NCBI RefSeq assembly: GCF_006345805.1
Contig: NC_043003.1
Location: 61,628,001-61,692,000, forward strand
Length of the DNA stretch: 64,000 bases
Source of the DNA: Octopus sinensis
Taxonomy: Eukaryota
Reading direction: 5' to 3'
Part shown: piece after piece, positions 37,610-49,609 of the stretch
How positions within the stretch are numbered: the stretch's first letter is position 1
Layout of the letters: every line of letters starts with the position of its first letter
Notes under the pieces: model-generated
The model's database searches: none
What the model saw: the letters and a program-made list of their open reading frames with translations, nothing else
What the model was told of the DNA's origin: nothing
Position numbers and translations under genes: made by a program

Positions 37610-39340
37610 TTGCTGAATGAAGAAAATGAATGGGATAAAGAGAGTCTGCCGAATGTTGACCCAACAGAGGGACCAGCTATCCGAGTTGATAGTTCTGTGG
37701 TAGCTAAGGCAATTAGAAGCATGAAGACAGGGAAAGCCCCAGGCCCATCAGGAATCACTGCAGAGATGCTCAAAATGTCTGGTAGTGTCGGCTATAGCCT
37801 AGTCACCCATATAGTTAATCAGGTGATACACAAAGGGGTCATACCCAATGACTGGTGTAGCAGTATAATAGTCAACTGCTACAAAGGTAAAGGTGATGCC
37901 CTAGATACAAATAACTACAGAGGTATCAAGCTGTTGGACCAGGTGATGAAGGTTACGGAGAGGGTCATAGCCCAACTAATTAGAGAGAGAGTTAGTTTAG
38001 ATGAGATGCAGTTTGGGTTTGTGCCAGGGAAAAGTACTACTGATGCTATATTCCTGGTAAGGCAGCTGCAGGAGAAATACCTAGCCAAAGATAAGCCCCT
38101 GTACCTGGCTTTTGTTGACATGGAGAAAGCCTTCGACAGGGTCCCCCGATCCCTTATCTGGTGGGCAATGAGAAAACTAGGGATAGATGAATGGTTAGTG
38201 AGAGCTGTGCGGGCCATGTATAGGGACGCCGCTAGTAGGGTGAGGGTTCGAAATGAGTACAGTGAAGAATTCCGAGTAGAGGTAGGGGTCCACCAAGGCT
38301 CAGTACTCAGCCCCCTCCTATTTATCATAGTCCTCCAGGCAATAACGGAGGAATTCAAGACAGGATGCCCTTGGGAGCTCCTCTATGCTGATGACCTTGC
38401 TCTAATTGCTGAGTCGCTATCAGAACTGGAGGAGAAGTTTCAGGTGTGGAAACAAGGATTAGAATCGAAGGGCCTCAGAGTCAATCTAGCTAAAACCAAA
38501 GTCGTAATCAGTAGGAAGGTAGACAAATCACAAACACCTTCAGGTAGATGGCCCTGCTCGATCTGTAGAAAAGGTGTAGGTAGAAACTCTATAAGATGCA
38601 CCAAGTGTAAGCTATGGACACATAAGAGATGCAGCAATGTCAAAGGAAGGCTAACTAGGAAGATGGTTTTTGTATGTGGCAGATGCTCAGGAACAATAAA
38701 CACTGAAAATGCTCTGAGACCAACTTCCGTCACTTTCCAGGGAGAAAAACTAGAAATAGTTGATAGTTTCCGTTACCTAGGTGACCAAGTCAGCAGCGGG
38801 GGTGGGTGTGCTGAAAGTGTAACTGCTAGAGTAAGAATAGCTTGGGCAAAGTTCAGAGAGCTCTTACCTCTGCTGGTGACAAAAGGCCTCTCGCACAGAG
38901 TGAAAGGCAGACTGTATGATGCGTGTGTACGAACAGCCATGCTACATGGCAGTGAAACATGGGCCGTGACTGCTGAGGATATGCGTAAGCTCGCTAGAAA
39001 TGAAGCCAGTATGCTCCGATGGATGTGTAATGCCGGTACTCACACTCGGCAGAGTGTAAGTACCTTGAGAGAAAAGCTGGACCTAAGAAGCATCAGTTGT
39101 GGTGTGCAAGAGAGACGTTTGCACTGGTATGGTCATGTGGCGAGAATGGATGAAAATAGTTGTGTGAAAAAGTGCCACACCCTAGCGGTTGAGGGAACCT
39201 GTGGAAGAGGCAGACCCAGGAAAACCTGGGACGAGGTGGTGAAGCACGACCTTCGAACTTTAGGTCTCACTGAGGAAATGACTAGAGACCGAGACCTCTG
39301 GAAGTGTGTTGTGCGCGAGAAGACCCGGCAGGACAAGTGA
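37610..39340 (+). CDS. LINE ORF2 fragment: reverse transcriptase with PHD-like finger, no endonuclease
   Basis: KAPGPSG, YRGIKLL, QFGF, AFVDMEKAFDRVP, GVHQGSVLSPLLF, YADD (38384-38395), FRYLG; C4HC3 pattern 38555-38686; no stops in 576 codons; the start at 37610 is a truncation point, not a true start. Confidence 0.9.
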   Translation: MLNEENEWDKESLPNVDPTEGPAIRVDSSVVAKAIRSMKTGKAPGPSGITAEMLKMSGSVGYSLVTHIVNQVIHKGVIPNDWCSSIIVNCYKGKGDALDTNNYRGIKLLDQVMKVTERVIAQLIRERVSLDEMQFGFVPGKSTTDAIFLVRQLQEKYLAKDKPLYLAFVDMEKAFDRVPRSLIWWAMRKLGIDEWLVRAVRAMYRDAASRVRVRNEYSEEFRVEVGVHQGSVLSPLLFIIVLQAITEEFKTGCPWELLYADDLALIAESLSELEEKFQVWKQGLESKGLRVNLAKTKVVISRKVDKSQTPSGRWPCSICRKGVGRNSIRCTKCKLWTHKRCSNVKGRLTRKMVFVCGRCSGTINTENALRPTSVTFQGEKLEIVDSFRYLGDQVSSGGGCAESVTARVRIAWAKFRELLPLLVTKGLSHRVKGRLYDACVRTAMLHGSETWAVTAEDMRKLARNEASMLRWMCNAGTHTRQSVSTLREKLDLRSISCGVQERRLHWYGHVARMDENSCVKKCHTLAVEGTCGRGRPRKTWDEVVKHDLRTLGLTEEMTRDRDLWKCVVREKTRQDK

Positions 39341-39412
39341 GTCCACAACCCGTGGCCTTCTACATGGGATGGAGCCAGCCTACGTATGCATACCTTCCCT
39401 TCTTGGGACACA

Positions 39413-39605
39413 AAACTCTACTTGTGAAGACGTGTTGAGGCAAGTGAGGATCAGAATCGAAATCGATCAATGGAAATTGCGGATGTGCTACCAGTGCCGG
39501 TGGCATGTCGAAACTCTGCTTGTGAAGACCCATTGAGGCAAGTGAGGATCAGAATCGAAATCGATCAATGGAAATTGCAGATGTGTTACCAGTGCCGGTG
39601 GCATG
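39413..39605 (+). repeat. 98-bp tandem duplication in the RTE 3'UTR
   Basis: AACTCT.CTTGTGAAGAC...CCAGTGCCGGTGGCATG occurs twice. Confidence 0.9.
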
Positions 39606-40339
39606 TAAGAGAACTTTCCGTTTCGCGACCGTTGCCAGCACTGCCCCGTTTCGTGTCCGTTGCCAGCCTCGCCTGGCCCTCGTGCCGGTGGCACATAAAA
39701 AGCACCGTCCGTTCGTGGCCGTTTGCCAGCTCTGTCTGGCACCAGTGCGGGTGGCACGTAAAAAGCACCCACTACACTCACGGAGTGGTTGGCGTTAGGA
39801 AGGGCATCCAGCCGTAGAAACACTGCCAGATTTGACTGGGCCTGATGAAGCCTTCTGGCTTCACAGACCCCAGTAGAACCGTCCAACCCATGCTAGCATG
39901 GAAAACGGACGCTAAATGATGATGATGATGATGATGATGAAACTGGAAGAAGCTTGCCCTATGTTTGTGTGTGTGCATTTGTGCCCTTGTCTAGTCATCG
40001 TGTGATAGTTGTAAATGAACATCACCATCATACAAGCGATGTCATTTGTTTCCAGCTTGCCATAAAAAAAATGTCTGACCATGGGGAAATTTACCTATCC
40101 AAGAAACAGGTGAGGGTTGGCAAGAGGAAGGGCACCAGGAAAAAACTCTCAAAAAACTCTACTGACCTGTGTAAGCCTGGAAAAATGTACATTAAATGAT
40201 TATGATGATGATGATGATGACAGTCACATCAGATTACTGCTAGTTAGAGACTGAATTTTCGTTTTTTTTTTTTACATTGTCCATGTGAAAACATGTCGCA
40301 AGAATTGAGATGGACTTTTAAAACACATTTATACCATTA

Positions 40340-42040
40340 CCAGGTCAAGTCAAAAGTTTTTTCCTGTTTCAAACCTTAATCAAAAGTGCAAACAAATTAC
40401 ATATGAAAAGCATTTATTCACCAAAATATATCCCATCATATTCTATTCTCTGTTGCCATCTTTGTGCCATAAATTCAATTCCATGCTTATACCATTTGGC
40501 TGGCTTAAAGGCTAAAAAACTCCATGCACCCATTTCCAACTATTGGAAATGAGCCATGGTTCAGAAATGGTGGTAATCTAATCATGCAAGATCTGGACTG
40601 TAAGTAATATGAGGCAACACTTGCAGCCCCTCAAGTTCCATAAACTTGTTCTTGGTCATATTGGCAGTGTGTGCTAGGGAATTGTTATGCAGTAATAGCG
40701 CATGTCTTCAACTGACCAATGAGGGGTAATGGGCTTTCAAAGGATCATATACTCACTGCAGTTGCAGAGCATAAGGATCAGCATCCATAGCATGATCATT
40801 TGAGACAAGATCAAAGGGCAACCACACCCTTGAAATTTCACCAAGCATGCAACAAGACCTTCTGTTCAAGCCATCCTTCTTTGACAACAGGTTCTGAAGC
40901 CTAGCCAGAATGAAGACACTGATTTCTCTTATTAGGATTATGAAAATAGATTTATTTTTCATCCCTCGTCACAATTTGATTCCAAAAATGGGAATCTCAA
41001 GGATTTGCCTGCAGTTGCTTGAAAATGTTCGCAAATTATAGAGCCAGGTCATTGGTCAGTTCATGAGGAGCTTCTCAACAGTGTCTGTTCAAAAGGCCAA
41101 GCTTATGGAGATGTCAGTTGATGGCACTTTGTGAAGGACTAAATTCTGCAGAAAATGTAGGAGTGCTTTTACTTGGCTGGTGTTCATCCATTTCAAGCAA
41201 GGCCACATCTGCCCCAACAGAAGGTCTCACTGACCTTGATTTGTCATTGAGTTTGGTGTCACCTTCCTTGAAATGTCTGAACCGGTTTTGTGCCACATAT
41301 TTATTGACAGTTCCTGGGCCATCCACATCATTAATTTCTCTTTCTGCAACCATTTCACTCAGTCTCTTTCTTGACAGGTAGCAAAACCTGGCTGTAATTG
41401 TAATTTTTTCCAATACTCATTATCAAAGTGGTAAAATGAAGAATTCACAATTAAGGTTTATACGTTTTATACTCTTTACTTGTTTCAGTTATTTGACTGT
41501 GGCCATGCTGGAGCACCAACTTTAGTTGACTTATTCTTTGTAAAACTAGTACTTATTCTATCAGTCTCTTTTGCCGAACTGCTAAGTAACAGGGATGTAA
41601 ACACACCAGCATCGGTTGTCAAGTGATGTTGGGGGGACAAATTACAGACACACAAACATATACACACACACGTACACATATATACGACGGGCTTCTTTCA
41701 GTTTCCGTCGACCTTATCCACTCACAAGGCTTTGGTTGGCCCGAGGCTATAGTAGAAGACACTTGCCCAAGGTGCTACGCCGTAGGATTGAACCCGGAAC
41801 CATGTGGTTTGTAAGCAAGCTACTTACCACACAGCTGCTGCTATGCCTATATGTCTGTCCTTGTTTGTCCCCTCTGTATTTAGCCCCTTGTAGGTAGTAA
41901 AGAAATATATGAAAATAAAGAATAAACAATTTAGCAATGATTGGACAACAAGTCATATCAAATTAAAGACATAACAAAGCGATAGAAGTTGCCAAAAGTC
42001 ATCAGGGAAAATCTGAAAAAAAACTTATAACTGAACTTGG
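40340..42040 (-). mobile_element. Decayed full-length mariner with SINE insertion in its 5' leader
   Basis: Imperfect TIRs CCAGGTCAAGTCAAAAGTTTT / AAAACTTATAACTGAACTTGG with TA flanks; transposase remnant 40414-41413 (HTH, PHELT, IVTRDEK, LHNN, YSPDLA); SINE material ~41470-41905; ~1.27 kb net. Confidence 0.85.
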
Positions 42041-42799
42041 TAGACTCTGTTAATTTCTTGATAGTACTGTATACTACATGGATGTATATAAACACGCACA
42101 CATTCACACAATTGTCTTTTACACAAGTGCAATATCGACAGTCAATCAATTGTTTAACGTTGCCGCATCAAAGACATTCAGCACTGGGTCATATCTATTG
42201 ACTATTGGGGACAAAGAATGAGATTCCTAGAATTAGCTTTTTCATGGACTTACTTATTATTAACAAAGTAAAAAGCAGCTACAATAAGAAATTAAACAAG
42301 AGTTAAGGAAAAACCATGCACAGTAAGATACTTGCTATTTTGATGTATATAAAATAAACAGAAAACAGAATCAAAAGAAAGAAATAAAAAAGACAGACAG
42401 CCATCGAGAATCAACTCCATTTAGCTTGATTTACACTCAAATATATTATTTGTATTCTCAGGCAGAGTTCGATTTTCTTTTTTTTTTTTCTCTTTTTTAT
42501 TTTGCAATCACAATTATAAGTTTATTGTAACTTATTCTTAGTCCAACAGAGTATTGCACTAAGTTAAATACAGCCAGTTGATGTCATCTGCTACTGTAGA
42601 AGCTATAAAGTCAGGTTAGACAAATATAAAGCACTTGATCGATTGTCAGCTGGCATGTAATGAAAAACCTTCAGCCAATTAAATAAAATCATGGTTGGTT
42701 CAGGTGTTTCCTATTTTATTTGTAGTGCTTCATTTTGCTCAGAATATGCAGTAATTATGCAACATGTGTTTTTCTTATATTTTAATTTAAGGTAAATTA

Positions 42800-42914
42800 T
42801 ATATGTGTGTATGTGTTTGTGTGTATTATATATATATATATACATCATGGTGTGTGTATATATACATGTGTGCGTATATATATATGTATGAATGTAGGTA
42901 GGTATATACATACG

Positions 42915-42958
<44 letters not shown>

Positions 42959-43024
42959 GGTGTGTGTATATATACATGTGTGCGTATATATATATGTATG
43001 AATGTAGGTAGGTATATACATACG

Positions 43025-43068
<44 letters not shown>

Positions 43069-43350
43069 TATATACATATATATATACATACATATATATG
43101 TATGTATACATACATGTAAATATATATGTATGTGTGTATATGCATGTTTGTGTGTATGTATGTATATATATATGTATGTGTGCATGTGTGTATATATATT
43201 ATACGTAATATATGTATGTATATATATGTATGTGTGTATGTATGTATATATGTATGTGTGTGTATATATTATATTATATATATATGTAATATAAGTATAT
43301 GTGTGTGTGTATATGAGCATATATATATGTGTGTGCGCATATATACACAC
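42800..43350. repeat. TA/TG compound microsatellite with ~110-bp tandem unit
   Basis: TACATCATGGTGTGTG...GTAGGTAGGTATATACATACG repeated at ~42841 and ~42951. Confidence 0.9.
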
Positions 43351-43352
43351 AT

Positions 43353-44385
43353 ACCATTGGTCAAACAAGACACCACTTGGCTGACTGGGTTGCAGAGCAC
43401 CTCCAATAGATCAGACTCAGCAATGACACTCCAGATTCGCACCACTTCCGTTCTACCAGTCCTTCATGACAACATCTGCCTGTGTTTGCACTGTCTCAGC
43501 ACAGGGGCCACCTGGACTCCTGCCTTCGCTGTGAACAGGAATTAATCACCTCTCTTCATTCCTTTCCACCATATGCGCTCAACTCACAACTGATCTTCAT
43601 CTGACACCAAACCCACACTGATTCCCACACATCTCCCACATTCAACTGCCCCCCCGTCTACCAACACACCTGCATACCACCTACCTTCATAGCCTCACCA
43701 CACACACTAGCACCAGCCACTTTTCAGCACCCATACCACACATCATTATCCACACAATCTTCAATAGCATCACAAAAACATATCACCATACGAGCTGCCA
43801 CATACACACTGTTTAACTCAGTATACATACCACTTACCATCATGCACATAGTCACAGCCACACAAGCACATAATACCTGAACACAGACAATATATACACA
43901 TACATGCAACACGCATAGACAAAGACAACTTTTGACCACAAACATACACTATACACATGCACACTATTTGGTCAGACACACACCACCTGAACAAGCATAC
44001 ATCAACTGCTACAGACAACACAAGTTAACCTTGCTCACCTCCACTCACACATACATACATACATATGCTTGCACACCTTAGTTTGTTGGGGGTCACCATT
44101 ACCGCTATTATTATCATTATCTCCCTTTCATTCAGCCTCTCTTTTCCAGTCATCTCGCCATGTTGGACCACTGAACTCAGCACGTTTCTTTCTCTCTCCG
44201 TTTTCTTCATTCTCTCTTCATTTTTTTTTTACTCTTAATCCTTTCTGTCGAAGAGCATAGGCTCAAAATGTAAAAGAGTTCCCATTTTTCCCGAGTGTTA
44301 AATTAATGTACCTGCTTGTTGTTCCAACACCTGTCTTCGTCTTTTGTTTTCAATAAATTTGAACTATATATATAGTGAAAGTGCA
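43353..44385 (+). mobile_element. Penelope-like retroelement 3' fragment (GIY-YIG endonuclease end, UTR, pseudo-LTR)
   Basis: 43356-43604 translates to IGQTRHHLADWVAEHLQ*IRLSNDTPDSHHF...EQELITSLHSFPPYALN, the GIY-YIG C-terminal pattern; preceded by TAC(C), i.e. Y-I-G with a 1-nt insertion. Confidence 0.85.
44241..44276 (+). ncRNA. Degenerate minimal type-I hammerhead ribozyme-like motif
   Basis: CUUU-CUGUCGA-A-GAGC(AUAG)GCUC-AAA-AUGU-A-AAAG: stems I and II pair; core deviates at A6, G12 and C15.2. Confidence 0.5.
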
Positions 44386-44395
44386 TGGCTCAGTG

Positions 44396-44670
44396 GTTAC
44401 AGCATCGAGCTTATGATTGTGAGGTTGCGAGTTTGATTCCCGGACTGGGCTGTGTATTGTGTTCTTGAGCAAGACAATGTATTTCACGTTGCTCCAGTTA
44501 ACTCAGCTGTAGAAATGAGTTGCAACATCACTAGTGCCAAGCTGTATCAGCCTTTGCCTTTCCCTTGGATAACATCAGTGATGTGGAGAGGGGAGTCTGG
44601 TATGCATGGGCAACTGCTGGCCTTCAACAAACAACCTTGCCCAGACTTGTATCTCGTAGGGTAACTGATT
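44396..44670 (+). mobile_element. tRNA-derived SINE, further family
   Basis: A box TGGCTCAGTGG, B box AGTTTGATTCCC, then GTTGCTCCAGTTAACTCAGCTGTAGAAATG. Confidence 0.7.
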
Positions 44671-44808
44671 AAATAAATTCTATTTATTTATTTATGAGGA
44701 TAGCTCTGCATTTAAATTGATGTAATGATTGCATTGTTCAATTAAATGGAGTTGCTTGAAACGATCGTACTGCATTACCTCTGGATATTTTGTTGCTTAT
44801 TTTGATTT

Positions 44809-44846
<38 letters not shown>

Positions 44847-45065
44847 CACACACATTAAAGTAACAAGCTAAGGACAGGAATTCCTTCAAAGCATCTAATT
44901 CATTAATATGCTGTTTTCTTTTTAAATAATTATTTGTTATCTTATATTCATAGTATATTATGTTACATTATAATATAAATAAATTATTGGATTGTCAATT
45001 GAATCTCTCTATTTAATATATATACAGACACACACAAACACACACATATATATGCACTTATATAT

Positions 45066-45746
45066 CATAGGTGTGCAGTGCATGGAAGCAAGGTAAACAA
45101 TGCTTCCCTTAAAGATTACAGAAACAAAATTGAAACTATATTACTTATTTTTCATAAGATCATTCTTCCAGTGTTCTGTAAAATTGATATAAACTACATG
45201 ACACCATAGGCTTCAGACTTCTATTGTTGGAATTAGCATGAGAAAAAAAGCAGTGGCAGTCAACACAAAAATCTGTGCAAGGGAAGTAACATGAACTGTT
45301 GCATCCTTTTTGGTGTAATATTTTAACATTTTTTACAATAAAAATGCCACAAGGATAATATTTTTAACTAGTAAGAGCTGATAACAAATAGTTTTAGATG
45401 CTAATAAATACATATACGCTCAGATTAAGTATCTGTCATTTTGCAATACCTGGTATATATAATCTTACATTGTTATGTAACATTTACATAGGAAAAGGGA
45501 AGCAAGTTGACATTCTGCTTCCATCAGAAAAATGGTGAAAAGATAACACCCACGTAGTTTTCTGCATTTATTCAATTAATATTTTATACTTTTTCAAATT
45601 ACAGAACACCCTTAATATAAAATGTGATTTTAAAAAAAATTTTTTAAATAGCTGTATAATATGAACATGCCAATTTGATTCAAATATCTGTGACAGAAAA
45701 TTTTGGTCATTGCTTCCCCAGCCAGAGAGATCACCGCACGCCACTG
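45066..45746. mobile_element. Non-autonomous hAT-like element
   Basis: Termini CATAGGTGTGCAGTG / CACCGCACGCCACTG; possible degenerate 8-bp TSD TTATATAT / ATACATAT; subterminal GGAAGCA and TGCTTCCC motifs. Confidence 0.6.
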
Positions 45747-45832
45747 ATACATATATGCATATATATATATCATCACCTATATATCATCATTTAACATCCA
45801 TTTTCCATGTGTATATATATATAAAAAAAAAA

Positions 45833-46030
45833 ATGTGACCGCGTGTGTACCATTCGCGATTTTTTTTCCTCTGTCTTCCCTTCTCTGGATCTTTCCTTCT
45901 CTTATGTTTCCGATGAAGAGCTCCGCTCGAAACGTTAAGCCCTCCTTCTTTCCTGAGCGTCCAATAATACTATATTTGAATCACGTCCTCGTGTTGTGTT
46001 TTTTTTGTGCTTTCATGTTTGGATTAACTT
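45833..46030 (+). mobile_element. Probable Penelope-like solo terminal repeat
   Basis: CpG-rich ~200-bp island between TA tracts carrying a hammerhead-like motif; no ORF. Confidence 0.55.
45906..45940 (+). ncRNA. Minimal type-I hammerhead ribozyme-like motif
   Basis: GUUU-CCGAUGA-A-GAGC(UCC)GCUC-GAA-ACGU-U-AAGC: stem I GUUU/AAGC, stem II 4 bp, palindromic ACGU stem III, GUU cleavage triplet; U4 is C. Confidence 0.7.
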
Positions 46031-46057
46031 TATATATATATATATATACATACATAC

Positions 46058-46448
46058 AGGTGCAGACATAGCTGAGTGGTAAGAAGTTTGCTTCCCAGCT
46101 ACATATTGTTCTGGGTTCAGTCCAAAGGCATGGCACCTTGGGCAAGTGTCTTCTGCTATAGCCTCTGGGTGACCAAAGCCTTGTGGCTGGATTTGGTAGA
46201 TGGAAATTGAAAGACATTTGTACATATGTGTATATATTTGTGTGTGTGTGTGTTTCTGTATTTGTCCCCACTGCCATCGCTTGACAACTGCTGTTGGTGT
46301 GTTTACGCACTCATAACTTAGTAGTTCAGCAAAAGACACTGATAGAATAAGTACTAAGCTTACAAAGTCCTGGGTTCAATTTCTTTAACTAAAACCCTTT
46401 AATATGGTGCTCCAGCATGGCCACAGTCAAATGACTGAAACAAGTAAA
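46058..46448 (+). mobile_element. SINE-A, full length
   Basis: Colinear with other copies. Confidence 0.85.
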
Positions 46449-46737
46449 ATATATATATATGTGCAGAGTTTAGGTATGGTTATGTGGATAAGAAATTCAC
46501 TTTTCAAACTTATGCCTTTGGATCCAATCTGACTACATCATACTTCAAACAAGTGTCTTCTACTTTGCATTGGGCTGACCAATGCCTCGTGAGGAAATTT
46601 GGTAGACATAAATTGAAAGAAGCCTGTAATATCATCGTCTTAGAGTTTTAATGTCCACTTTTCCATGCATACATGCATTGGGTGGAACTTCTTGAGGCAG
46701 AATTTCTTTAGCCAAATGCCCTTCCTAATGCCAAATA

Positions 46738-46772
<35 letters not shown>

Positions 46773-47655
46773 CTAAGGTGGTAGCTCTGTACTTTCAAAT
46801 CTCACTGGACTAAAAAAAAGTCCTTGCTTGGAAAGCAGTTAAATGTTAGTGACAGGAAAAGCAACTAGTTGTAAAAGTCCTGCCTCAATTATTTTCCAGT
46901 GTACATTCATGCCAGAATACAAAACAAATGTGAATTTATTGTGAAACATTCTTTTCAATTGTTTAATTTTTGCTCTGACTGCCAAATGAACTAATGAGAC
47001 ACAAACTATTTATAGGTTTTGAGATGTATGAACAGTTTTTTTAAACTTACTTACTGTGTTTCTATTTTCTACAAAACATCTAAATCAGTTCATTATCTCA
47101 TTAGAGAGATGCATGAATTGGTTCAGTAACCTCAATTTCAATGTTAAAATTGACATACTCTAGATTTATACATAGTTGGGCATTCTGCAATGATTAAGGT
47201 GGCATAAGATAATGGAAAAATTCAAAGAAACTGGTGATGGATTGTGTTGGAAACAATTAGTCCATAGAAGAGTTTAGTGAAAAGTTTCATAATCCACAGT
47301 TACAGAGAGGAGTGAAGAATCTAATATTTTGTGTCTTTGGGCCATGCTGGGGCATTGCCTTGAAGAATTCTTTTTAGTTGAATAAATCAAACCAAATAGT
47401 TAATTTTTTAAGCCAGGTGCTTATTCTCGTTTTTTCTCTTTCTCTTTTACTTGTTTCAGTCATTTGACTGCGGCCATGCTGGAGCACCGCCTTTAGTCGA
47501 GCAAATCGACCCCAGGACTTATTCTTTGGAAGCCTAGTACTTATTCTATCAGTCTCTTTTGCTGAACCGCTAAGTTACGGGAATGTAAACACACCAGCAT
47601 CGGTTGTCATGCGATGTTGGTGGGGGGGGGGACAAACACAGACACACAAACATAT

Positions 47656-47701
<46 letters not shown>

Positions 47702-48302
47702 ATTTATAGAAATAACAAAGACAATATTATCCAATGTTTTTCTTTCTTTTCACAGAAACTGGAAACAAAGGATACAACTTGCATGACATCTAAAACAATC
47801 ATGCATTATCAAGACAAGGCAACACAAACACACACAAACATTCATATATACAGATATATGACGGGTTTCTTACAGTTTCCATTTGCCAAATTTAATTGCA
47901 AGGTTTTGGTTTGCCAGAGGACATAGTAGAAGACACTTGCCTAAGGTGCCATGCAGTGGGACTGAACCCAGAACAAAATAGTAGGGAAGCAAGATTCTTA
48001 ACGCCACAACCTGCCAAATTCTATTCACAAGGTTTTGGTAAACCTGAGCCTACAATAGAAAACACTGCATTGTGTAATCGAACTGGAAACCACTGGCTAC
48101 AAAGCCAATGCCTTAACCACACATCCATGCTTGTGCCTCTGTATCCATAATATAATTGCTAATAGTGAGGTTTGAACTCATGATAATGTGGTGGTCAATA
48201 GCTATAAGTTTACGATGCCAGACTAACTGAAGAAAACGGTTTTAATTAGAACTGACAATAATCCTTAGTAATTATATTGTTCAATATTTCAAGTATTCAT
48301 AC

Positions 48303-48614
48303 TTAAGAAACATTATTAGCGTGCTTCATTATTGCCGCTCCTTCAGCCGGTTTATAATATCTATTAAGGGCTGCACTCTCCCGCGGTAAAGTTAGTTTTC
48401 TTATTAACACGGTCAAACTACTCCAAGCATCCACCCTGAAAATAATCTCTTAAACCTTCACTTTAAATCACTGATAGTACAATTGAATTGTCAGCTAATG
48501 GAATGAGTCAATATAATGAGATAAAACCTTACCCATAAGTGAGTAGGTCTTTTAGAGTAGCCAACAGAAAGGCCAGGAGACTATTGATTACAGAGAAAAG
48601 CACTCAAATTCAAC
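48303..48614 (-). other. Two exon-like segments (48533-48614, 48303-48435) separated by a 97-bp GT-AG intron-like gap
   Basis: Splice-like signals GACAG/, /GTAAGG, TTTTCAG/, /GTATGA; non-repetitive and CpG-retaining; function unknown. Confidence 0.45.
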
Positions 48615-49021
48615 CTGTCAGCAATCATTAAAAAGAAAATTCCTTTTCCTTTCTCATACAGTTTGATACGTTAATAGTTTTAGGTATACATACATATACA
48701 TCTGAATGTGTGTATGTGTGTGTGTGTGTGTGTGTGTATCAACTCTGCATCAGTAAATGACATGGAATCCATCTATTTATAGTTTGCTTCTTAAGCACTT
48801 GAATTAAACATGTCTAGAAAATTGGAGCCTAGAGAAATATCAATAGCAAATTCACTTTGATATTGGCATTTTCAAATAACTTATTAGTGCATCTCGAAAA
48901 GGCACACATGTCAGCAGAGAAACCAACATAAATCCAAGCTTTTGTCACAAATAACTCAAGTTGAAAGAATAGAAATGAATAATAATGCATTTAACTGAAG
49001 AAAATAAGAATATTATATATA

Positions 49022-49053
<32 letters not shown>

Positions 49054-49103
49054 CACACATACATACATACACACATATATCTATGAATCTCTGTGTGTGC
49101 GTG

Positions 49104-49140
<37 letters not shown>

Positions 49141-49609
49141 ATATAACTAGCAAGAATCACAAGAGACATTGTCAGCAATTTTCTTTTCTTTTTGTACAAA
49201 TGTTTTTGTCACAATCTATGTTAATTCGTTGTAAGTTTTACAACAAAAGGTAAGATTTTGAGTCAGAATCACAAATAAAAAATTTATTTTGTTAATAATT
49301 AATCCATCAATTAGGAGAGAACATGGTTTTTATTTATTCATTTCCTTGCATTTATTTACATCTAGTTTACATTACATTAAAAATGTATGAATAATTCTAG
49401 AGCTTCTAAAATGATTAAAAAAAAAAATTTGTTTTAAAGTGATTAAAAAAGCGAAATAGAAAAAGAAGAAATCTTTAAAAAAATATATTTTAACATTATT
49501 TTATTATGTTATTTCAATTGTTAGGATATTATAGAGGAAGAATGAAATAAATGCAACAATATGTGTATTCTGATCAGCGGAATAGAACTAAGGTACAGGT
49601 AATGAGATA

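Larger units (their letters stand above)
37608..39940 (+). mobile_element. Young 5'-truncated RTE-clade LINE inserted into a SINE-A
   Basis: Open RT ORF, ~600-bp 3'UTR, (TGA)n tail; SINE sequence GATTTGGTAGAAGGAAA on the left resumes as AACTGGAAGAAGC on the right. Confidence 0.95.

Noticed and set aside
37915-38733. Minus-strand ORFs of 147 and 97 aa
   Set aside because: Antisense shadows of the RT ORF
39841-39866. CUGAUGA hammerhead-like core in the RTE 3'UTR
   Set aside because: No GAAA after the hairpin; other copies read CCTGGTGCAGCC, so it is a private mutation
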